From Candidatus Iainarchaeum sp. (lineage in GTDB: Archaea > Iainarchaeota > Iainarchaeia > Iainarchaeales > 0-14-0-20-30-16): a stretch of 5,264 bases of DNA. Positions within the stretch are counted from its first letter, which is position 1. Each line of letters opens with the position of its first letter. The notes below the pieces were generated by a model, which saw nothing but the letters and a program-made list of their open reading frames with translations, did no database searches and was not told where the DNA came from. The DNA lies in NCBI GenBank assembly GCA_028710695.1, contig JAQTTP010000015.1:1-5264 (forward strand), read 5' to 3'. Made by a program: the position numbers and the translations under genes. Of this stretch, positions 1 through 5,264 are shown in pieces.

Positions 1-2
1 GT

Positions 3-1133
3 CCTGTAGAAGCTGGATTTGAAAGTCGTGAAGCAACTGTTGATTTTGGCGTAAGAGGCTCAAAAACAAAAGATTTAAATCAGGTCGTAGCTTTTCTAAA
101 TGCCGGTGTGCAGGGGGCTGATAGGGGCATCCGCGCAATTAAAAACCATCCTGTTGAAGTAACAATTAAAAACTTGATTAGTTCTACTATCCCATCTATG
201 CTTTTATATCTTTACAATAGAAATGACCCAGAATATAAAGAAAAAGCACGATGGGAAAAAGATCTATTCTATCTCATAAAAGTTCCAGGAAGTGATACTT
301 ACGTTAGAATTCCTAAGCCATATATGTATGGTCAAGTTTTTGGTTCTTTAACAGAAAGATTTCTTGAATATTTAGATACAAAAGATCCAGAAGCATTCGA
401 CCAATATGCACAATCTTTAGTAGATTCAATGATACCAACACAAGGAGACCCTGCATCTGGATTGCTTGCAACAGCTATAAAACCAATTATAGAAAATGCT
501 GCAAATTATAGTTTCTTTAGACAAAGAAAACTTTTGCCAGAAGGAGTTGAACAATTAGAACCATCTGAACAATATGGTAGATATACTTCAGAAACAGCAA
601 AATTACTTGGAAAAACTGTTAGTTATTCACCAACTAAGATTGAAAATCTTTTACAAGGTTATCTCGGTGGAAGTTCAAGATATGCTACAGGTGCTGGTGA
701 TTATCTTATAAATTCTATAAAAAAAGCTGCTGGTGAGCAAGTACCAGAAAAACCAAAAGATATATCAAGATACCCTCTATTATATGGAGTAACATCAAGA
801 ACTGGTACAATGACCGGTCAAGCAGAAAGTGTTAAGAAATTCTATGAAAATAGGGATAAATTTGTTTCAGTTAAAGAAACTTATGACAAATTATCTAAAC
901 AAGGCAAAAATAAAGAAGCTAAAAAATTGGCTCAAAAGAATCCTAATTTAAAACTTGCAAAAAATTTCGTATCTACTGCAAGAAAAATGAGTGAAATTAA
1001 TAAAAGAATTGATTTAATAAGATTATCTACTAAATTATCAGCAGAAGATAAAAAATCTAAAATAATGATATTAGAAAGGCAAAAAACTGCATTAGCTAAA
1101 AATACAAACAAACTTGCTAAAGGGAAAAAATAA
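3..1133 (+). CDS. C-terminal part of a large phage polyvalent-type protein (LPD38-like domain), 5' truncated by window edge
   Basis: The frame is open from position 3, before the listed GTG at 108, and reads PVEAGFESREATVDFGVRGSKTKDLNQVVAFLNAGVQGADRGIRAIKNHPVEV... It continues TIPSMLLYLYNRNDPEYKEKARWEKDLFYLIKVPGSDTYVRIPKPYMYGQVFGSLTERFLEYLD. The pattern 'FNAxxQG...P..LL..LNR.DPEY.E...W.KDLF....RIPKP...G..FG...ER' matches my memory of LPD38 regions. The C-terminal tail is Lys-rich and likely helical. TAA at 1131-1133. Confidence 0.8.
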   Translation, partial: PVEAGFESREATVDFGVRGSKTKDLNQVVAFLNAGVQGADRGIRAIKNHPVEVTIKNLISSTIPSMLLYLYNRNDPEYKEKARWEKDLFYLIKVPGSDTYVRIPKPYMYGQVFGSLTERFLEYLDTKDPEAFDQYAQSLVDSMIPTQGDPASGLLATAIKPIIENAANYSFFRQRKLLPEGVEQLEPSEQYGRYTSETAKLLGKTVSYSPTKIENLLQGYLGGSSRYATGAGDYLINSIKKAAGEQVPEKPKDISRYPLLYGVTSRTGTMTGQAESVKKFYENRDKFVSVKETYDKLSKQGKNKEAKKLAQKNPNLKLAKNFVSTARKMSEINKRIDLIRLSTKLSAEDKKSKIMILERQKTALAKNTNKLAKGKK

Positions 1134-1402
1134 TGGCTACAAATGATGATTCTAATATACCACAAATCGTAAAAACTATTAGTTATTTTATCAAACAAGT
1201 AGGATTCCCTATAGTTGCTTTCTTACTAATGTTCTATATGACATTTTATAGTGTTCAAAAACTTACAGACTCAGTAAATAATCAAACTAAAGTTCTGGCA
1301 GAATTGACTTTATCTATGAAATCATTTCAAGGAGAAGTTAAAGCAGAACATAAAGATATGACTAATAAGTTTGATACTATAATAATGCGTAAGATTCCTT
1401 AA
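1133..1402 (+). CDS. Small single-pass membrane protein, possible holin-like phage protein
   Basis: 89 aa. ATG at 1133 overlaps the upstream TAA (TAATG). One hydrophobic segment (VGFPIVAFLLMFYMTFYSV) is followed by a charged, probably coiled-coil tail. Functional assignment is weak. Confidence 0.75.
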   Translation: MATNDDSNIPQIVKTISYFIKQVGFPIVAFLLMFYMTFYSVQKLTDSVNNQTKVLAELTLSMKSFQGEVKAEHKDMTNKFDTIIMRKIP

Positions 1403-1435
1403 AATTCTTCTGTCCGGTGTGCCCTATATATAAAA

Positions 1436-1464
1436 TGGCCGTCTGTATTATCTACAGGCGGCCA
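1436..1464 (-). terminator. Rho-independent terminator of the minus-strand operon
   Basis: Inverted repeat TGGCCGTCTGTA (1436-1447) - TTATC - TACAGGCGGCCA (1453-1464), a 12-bp stem with one G:U pair. Read on the minus strand, it is followed directly by TTTTATATATA. On the plus strand no U-tract follows. Confidence 0.8.
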
Positions 1465-1492
1465 CGATTAAAGAAACGGAACTGCTGTTATA

Positions 1493-2539
1493 TTAATTAC
1501 TTTGGACTGGTTGTTTGAACATACCACCAAACATCCCATTTAAATCCATAAATGTATTACTATTAGAGCCTGTAGGAACTCCCCAAATTTGTAATTTATC
1601 TGGTATATTTTCAGCAAATTTAAGAGCTACTACATTACTGCCGCCGCCTAAGGCCTCTGTTAATAATCGTTTACCTTCTGCTTCTGCTTTCAATTTAGCA
1701 AGCATACCAGCAGCTTCCTGCTCAAGTTTATATCTTTCACCATCAGCTTCAACCATAGCTGATTCAGCACGTCCTTGAGCAGCCTGTATGGCTTTTAACT
1801 TTTCGCCTCTTGCTTCGGCTTCAATTCTTAATGCTTCTTGTTCTTGAGCAAGTGCTTTATTTTTGTTGATTTCAACTTGTTGAGCGGCGAGTTTTTTGTC
1901 TTCAATAGCTTGTTCAAATCTTCCATCGAAACTTAAATGTCTTATTAATACATCATGTACAGTTATAGCAGGATATTTTGAAACTGCCTGTGAAAGCCTA
2001 TCTCTTAATTTATCTTGAATAGTTTCACGCACCTTACCCTGATATAACTCCTCAGCAGAAAATTCTCCAATAACAAGTCTACCTTCTGAACGTATTTGTG
2101 GAAGCAAAACTTCATTTTCATAATTTCTGCCAATTTCTTGGTGCAATTGTGGAACTTCTTTTGCTTTGAGGCCATAAAGTATAGTTACATCAACATTTAC
2201 TTTTTGACCATCATTTGTTTTCAATTCCATACAATACTCATTTGATTTTTCGCTTTTTTCTGTATCAGGAGGATAAGACTTTATTGCCACATTGTATTTA
2301 ACCAAATCTGTTTTCCACTTATTATAGAACTGATATCCAACTCCAAGAGGCTCAGTTTTTACTTCACCTTTTACTTTATTAATTTCTACAGCGACTTCTG
2401 TCGGCTTAACAGTAGTCCAACCTAAAGAAAGAATAAGTAATAGAAAAATCACTACTAATATTATTGCTGTAGTAATTCCCAAAATTGGTGGCTTATGCCC
2501 AGTAAACATTTCATCCTGAGTTAAATTATTTCGTACCAT
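1493..2539 (-). CDS. SPFH/Band 7 (prohibitin/stomatin-like) membrane-anchored protein
   Basis: N-terminal TM (ILGITTAIILVVIFLLLILSLGWTTV), then a band-7 type region (VKPTEVAVEINKVKGEVKTEPLGVGYQFYNKWKTDLVKYNVAIKSY...). A Glu/Ala-rich coiled coil follows (QQVEINKNKALAQEQEALRIEAEARGEKLKAIQAAQGRAESAMVEADGERYKLEQEAAGMLAKLKAEAEGKRLL). The ORF extends to 2557, but the ribosome-binding site AAAGGA (2554-2549) lies 9 nt upstream of ATG 2539, favouring 348 aa. Confidence 0.92.
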   Translation of the reverse strand: MVRNNLTQDEMFTGHKPPILGITTAIILVVIFLLLILSLGWTTVKPTEVAVEINKVKGEVKTEPLGVGYQFYNKWKTDLVKYNVAIKSYPPDTEKSEKSNEYCMELKTNDGQKVNVDVTILYGLKAKEVPQLHQEIGRNYENEVLLPQIRSEGRLVIGEFSAEELYQGKVRETIQDKLRDRLSQAVSKYPAITVHDVLIRHLSFDGRFEQAIEDKKLAAQQVEINKNKALAQEQEALRIEAEARGEKLKAIQAAQGRAESAMVEADGERYKLEQEAAGMLAKLKAEAEGKRLLTEALGGGSNVVALKFAENIPDKLQIWGVPTGSNSNTFMDLNGMFGGMFKQPVQSN

Positions 2540-2732
2540 TTTCTTTTTTCCTTTCATAATTAAATTTCATTTGTTTTTTTACTCTATTTATGTCCGTTTC
2601 TATCCATTTGTCTGACAATCCAAAAAAAGCACCTCCGTTACTTGTTCTAAAAAATATATATCTAATTATATTAACAAGCAGATATATAACAGCTAAAACA
2701 AGCAACATTTCAAATAATGTAAATATCCTCAT
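2526..2732 (-). CDS. Small N-terminal transmembrane protein, unknown function
   Basis: 68 aa MRIFTLFEMLLVLAVIYLLVNIIRYIFFRTSNGG..., with AAAGGA (2743-2738) 5 nt upstream of the ATG. It overlaps the start of the SPFH gene. Confidence 0.75.
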   Translation of the reverse strand: MRIFTLFEMLLVLAVIYLLVNIIRYIFFRTSNGGAFFGLSDKWIETDINRVKKQMKFNYERKKENGTK

Positions 2733-2762
2733 AGAATTCCTTTCAAACTTTCTTAAAAATAA

Positions 2763-2900
2763 CTATTTATCGACTAACAATTCATATCTTTCATCGCATA
2801 CACACGGTGAAAATCCACACAGAATACACAAATTATCAGGCTGCAATCGTGGTTCTGGAGGTACTAAATTTTCATCTACAAAATCACCATCTTTAATCAT
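2763..2900 (-). CDS. Small Cys-cluster protein (45 aa), possible metal-binding knuckle; not in supplied ORF track
   Basis: Manual translation: MIKDGDFVDENLVPPEPRLQPDNLCILCGFSPCVCDERYELLVDK*. AAAGGG (2910-2905) lies 4 nt upstream of ATG 2900. It fills the otherwise empty 2733-2912 gap in the operon and has Cys motif CxxC-x4-CxC. Confidence 0.7.
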   Translation of the reverse strand: MIKDGDFVDENLVPPEPRLQPDNLCILCGFSPCVCDERYELLVDK

Positions 2901-2912
2901 TTTTCCCTTTCT

Positions 2913-3158
2913 TTACTTTCTAATTGCATCTTCTTGAGCTTTTTTTTGTCTATTATCGTCAGGGTCTACGTAAATGTAGTCAAGTTTTGTCCCCATATCC
3001 TCAAGTCCTAAATCCCTAACATCGGATTCAATAATCAACTCATTTGGCTCTTGTTTATTTAATTCTGCTCTAACCGCTGCTCTAACTTGACCGTGTACAA
3101 TATCTTTATCTATTTTAGGTGATATTTTAATAACAGGTTTTTTAAAACTTCGACTCAT
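2913..3158 (-). CDS. Hypothetical phage protein
   Basis: MSRSFKKPVIKISPKIDKDIVHGQVRAAVRAELNKQEPNELIIESDVRDLGLEDMGTKLDYIYVDPDDNRQKKAQEDAIRK (81 aa). The track starts at GTG 3167, but AGGAAG lies 8 nt upstream of ATG 3158. Confidence 0.7.
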   Translation of the reverse strand: MSRSFKKPVIKISPKIDKDIVHGQVRAAVRAELNKQEPNELIIESDVRDLGLEDMGTKLDYIYVDPDDNRQKKAQEDAIRK

Positions 3159-3249
3159 AAAATCCACTTCCTATAATTAGACTTACTAACAGTAATAATA
3201 TTAAGATAATGAAAAATATAATCCAGAAATTAGGATTTTTGTTTGGCAA
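3142..3249 (-). CDS. Possible 35-aa transmembrane peptide; not in supplied ORF track
   Basis: TTG at 3249 gives MPNKNPNFWIIFFIILILLLLVSLIIGSGFYESKF*. It occupies the only sizeable gap in the operon (3159-3229). There is no good ribosome-binding site and the start codon is rare. Confidence 0.3.
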   Translation of the reverse strand: MPNKNPNFWIIFFIILILLLLVSLIIGSGFYESKF

Positions 3250-3631
3250 TTTTCATATAGTTATTCCAAACTATCCAGCCCCACCATCTAACGTGGCTGT
3301 ATATAATCCATCTTGCTAATTTTCCTGTCTTTAGAATAACCATACCTTCAAGAAAAATATTATCGCATTGCTTACGATTATATTGATTAAGACCAACATT
3401 ACTATAAAGCCAATCATGTATTACGGCAGCTTTGCCATAAGTTCCCACAGGTGGAAATATGCTCCAAAATATTTGTGGTATACTTGCAAAATTAGTTATG
3501 TACCCTTTGGGAACTAATATAATTTCATTACTTTCTTTTGAGCCAACGTGATATTCAAAAGGTTCTATTAGTTCCCAATGCTTACCATCTGCTAATGGAG
3601 TAACAATCAATGGAGTTGTAAAACTGCTCAT
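3230..3631 (-). CDS. DUF1353 family phage protein
   Basis: 133 aa. MSSFTTPLIVTPLADGKHWELIEPFEYHVG...ILVPKGYITNFASIPQIFWSIFPPVGTYGKAAVIHDWLYS...IFLEGMVILKTGKLARWIIYSHVRWWGW has the family signature 'VP.G..T.FASIP..FW...PP.G.YG.AAVIHDWLY'. ATG 3631 is coupled to the upstream stop (TAATG). Confidence 0.85.
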   Translation of the reverse strand: MSSFTTPLIVTPLADGKHWELIEPFEYHVGSKESNEIILVPKGYITNFASIPQIFWSIFPPVGTYGKAAVIHDWLYSNVGLNQYNRKQCDNIFLEGMVILKTGKLARWIIYSHVRWWGWIVWNNYMKIAKQKS

Positions 3632-3906
3632 TATTTTACTGCTTGTCCAGCTTTAAAGCCTATATCAAACATCTTTTCATAAAGTGCAATTACGTTTGGG
3701 CCGAAATCACCTTTGCTTTCTTGAGATTCAAGCTCAATATGAACTTTTTTTGTAATTGGGTCAAACTCTACAATTACTCCATTTAATTTCTGGTCTCCCA
3801 TACGTAGATAACTTACGTCTCCAGTTTTTGTATTATATTTTACTAATGAAAAACAACCAGAAATAAATAAAGTCATTAATGATACTAATATTATCATTAT
3901 TTTCAT
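3631..3906 (-). CDS. Small lipoprotein
   Basis: 91 aa. MKIMIILVSLMTLFISGCFSLV... is a signal peptide with lipobox (LFISGC), so the mature protein is about 74 aa. AGGAG upstream overlaps the stop of the preceding gene. Confidence 0.8.
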   Translation of the reverse strand: MKIMIILVSLMTLFISGCFSLVKYNTKTGDVSYLRMGDQKLNGVIVEFDPITKKVHIELESQESKGDFGPNVIALYEKMFDIGFKAGQAVK

Positions 3907-3915
3907 TTTGTACTC

Positions 3916-4767
3916 CTATTGTTGTGAAGTATATTCATTACACATAAGAAATAAATCATACTGATTTACTACTCCGTCTGGCATTCCATATTGTCCAGAT
4001 ACATCTGCTTGCATACTTTCGCCCTGTTTATGATATGAATTTGCCAAATAAGAAAAATCGACATAATCAATTTTACCATCATTATTAAAATCTGTAAGAG
4101 GAAAACTTGGAGGTAAAAGGATTATTTCAACAGAACCATAAGGACTCAACCAATTATAATTTCCCTCAGGAAGATTTTTTAATTCTATTTTACATACTCC
4201 ATATTCACTTTTTTCTATTGCTTGTCTCAAATCTACAGTCCATCCGTATTTTAGTCTGTCAGACATTAGTATTATACAAAAACCTGGAAAGTCAGGTTCG
4301 CCAAGTATGGCACAAGACGGTATTTCAGGACTACATCTTATAAAATCTATGTATAATATGTTTTTTCTTGAGACTCTATTGTAACCTTCAAAGATCAATT
4401 TCAAATCAAAAGAACTAAAACTCGTATACGGCCTTAAATCTCTAATTAATGGTATATCATTCAAGGCTGGATTAGGAATATCTAAAAGCGAATATACTCC
4501 AAAGCAACTTTCCCAATATGGTGGATAACCATACATTTCTTCTAAAACATAATCTTCGCCGCAACGCAATTCACAGGTATTTTGTATTCGTCCAATTTCA
4601 CAGCCACCACCCATTGTTTCTACTTGCCTACATTCATAATCCATATATGTACAACCATCACATCCTAATCCTTCGCACGTATTTGAAATCCAAAGTCTTC
4701 CATAATTTGAATAGCAATGATGACAAAACAGATGTAGTACGACAAACATTACAATTAACTTTTTCAT
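3916..4767 (-). CDS. Secreted Cys-rich protein with C-terminal dockerin-like/EF-hand repeats
   Basis: MKKLIVMFVVLHLFCHHCYSNYG... is a signal peptide, followed by a Cys-rich N-terminal region. The C-terminus is DFNNDGKIDYVDFSYLANSY...ADVSGQYGMPDGVVNQYDLFLMCNEY. The track start at 4782 is TTG, but AAAGGA (4779-4774) lies 6 nt before ATG 4767, giving 283 aa. Confidence 0.85.
   Translation of the reverse strand: MKKLIVMFVVLHLFCHHCYSNYGRLWISNTCEGLGCDGCTYMDYECRQVETMGGGCEIGRIQNTCELRCGEDYVLEEMYGYPPYWESCFGVYSLLDIPNPALNDIPLIRDLRPYTSFSSFDLKLIFEGYNRVSRKNILYIDFIRCSPEIPSCAILGEPDFPGFCIILMSDRLKYGWTVDLRQAIEKSEYGVCKIELKNLPEGNYNWLSPYGSVEIILLPPSFPLTDFNNDGKIDYVDFSYLANSYHKQGESMQADVSGQYGMPDGVVNQYDLFLMCNEYTSQQ
3919..4092 (-). 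other. Dockerin type I-like duplicated EF-hand module
   Basis: The first copy, DFNNDGKIDYVD, fits DxNxDGxxxxxD. The second, DVSGQYGMPDGVVNQYD, has an insertion and PDGVV, like terminal modules I recall from planctomycete secreted proteins. Confidence 0.75.
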
Positions 4768-4790
4768 AAAACATCCTTTCAAAATATAAG

Positions 4791-5081
4791 TTATTTTTTA
4801 ATATGTTTCTTTTTATGACATTCTTTACATAATGGAAATTGTGGTACTTTTAACAACCTTTCTATAATCAAATCTATTAACCCATCCCAATTTATTTCAG
4901 GTTCATGATGAACTTCGATTTTAACTTCTTTTCCTTTCGCTTTACTTTGTTTAATATTACATTCTTTACATCTATATCCGTACAGTTTCAAAATAGAGGC
5001 ACGTTCCCTTGAACGCAACCATAATAGTCTCAAAGCTGCTCTAATTTTATATCTGGGAGTATCTATTTTTTTTTTACTCAC
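4791..5081 (-). CDS. HNH endonuclease, small phage type
   Basis: YGYRCKECNIKQSKAKGKEVKIEVHHEPEINWDGLIDLIIERLLKVPQFPLCKECHKKKH has CxxC, then VHH, then CxxCHxxKH as in zinc-binding HNH nucleases. GTG at 5081 overlaps the upstream TGA (GTGA). The longer track start at 5117 would overlap the upstream gene by about 40 nt. Confidence 0.85.
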   Translation of the reverse strand: MSKKKIDTPRYKIRAALRLLWLRSRERASILKLYGYRCKECNIKQSKAKGKEVKIEVHHEPEINWDGLIDLIIERLLKVPQFPLCKECHKKKHIKK

Positions 5082-5245
5082 AATCCAGTACCTTTTCTTT
5101 TCCAGAAACTTGTACATTTTCCAGTTTTCTTGTCATGCTTAAAATCACCATAAGATTGACCGTACTCATAAGGTTTTGAATTCCATCTGTAACATTCTTG
5201 TTTAGACGGACATTTTTCATCAGTACATTTAGATATATCCGGCAT
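5078..5245 (-). CDS. Small Cys-containing phage protein (55 aa); not in supplied ORF track
   Basis: Manual translation: MPDISKCTDEKCPSKQECYRWNSKPYEYGQSYGDFKHDKKTGKCTSFWKRKGTGL*. AAAGGA (5257-5252) lies 6 nt upstream of the ATG, and the stop is translationally coupled to the HNH start. The pattern C-x4-C-x5-CYR...QSY.DF...GKC..FW resembles small proteins I recall from phage genomes. Confidence 0.85.
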   Translation of the reverse strand: MPDISKCTDEKCPSKQECYRWNSKPYEYGQSYGDFKHDKKTGKCTSFWKRKGTGL

Positions 5246-5264
5246 GATTTATCCTTTCACTTCT

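Noticed and set aside
932-1198. Minus-strand 88-aa ORF
   Set aside because: Antisense to the Lys-rich end of the LPD38-like gene. Its hydrophobicity (LILFL/FF) is the expected complement of Lys/Asn-rich codons, and it lacks a reasonable context.
1403-1492. Possible small RNA or attachment site in the convergent gap
   Set aside because: The only clear structure is the hairpin, fully explained as a terminator. No direct repeat or tRNA-like sequence was seen.
1515-1778. Plus-strand 87-aa ORF
   Set aside because: Antisense to the C-terminal coiled coil of the clearly coding SPFH gene.
2590-2937. Plus-strand 115-aa ORF
   Set aside because: Antisense to the 68-aa and 45-aa minus-strand genes, both of which have good ribosome-binding sites; its translation is low-complexity (Asn/Ser runs).
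4107-4343. Plus-strand 78-aa ORF
   Set aside because: Antisense to the secreted dockerin-like protein gene, with no recognisable domain.
4518-4769. Plus-strand 83-aa ORF
   Set aside because: Antisense to the N-terminal Cys-rich region of the secreted protein; the His/Tyr/Leu richness looks like a frame artefact.
1-5264. CRISPR array, tRNA, retron or diversity-generating template repeat
   Set aside because: Reading both strands showed no regularly spaced repeats, no tRNA fold, and no reverse transcriptase or TR/VR-like pair in this window.

Overview
The window reads as a phage or prophage segment, AT-rich and gene-dense, with two converging gene blocks. The plus-strand block (about 3-1402) holds the C-terminal part of a large protein resembling the LPD38 'polyvalent protein' domain of tailed-phage proteins. 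A TAATG-coupled 89-aa single-pass membrane protein (holin-like?) follows it. The minus-strand block (about 5245 down to 1493) encodes, in transcription order: a small Cys-rich protein absent from the ORF track; an HNH endonuclease; a secreted Cys-rich protein ending in a planctomycete-style dockerin/EF-hand pair; a small lipoprotein; a DUF1353 protein; possibly an unlisted 35-aa transmembrane peptide; an 81-84 aa protein; an unlisted 45-aa Cys-cluster protein; a 68-aa membrane protein; and an SPFH/prohibitin-like protein. A strong hairpin with a U-tract in the minus direction (1436-1464) ends the minus operon between the two blocks. The most unusual points are the SPFH protein in a phage operon rich in membrane proteins, the phage-linked secreted dockerin-like protein (suggesting a Planctomycetes-type host), and the small ORFs missed by the ORF track. 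Nothing here can be shown from sequence alone to be a new system. The minus-strand membrane cluster is the best candidate for follow-up.
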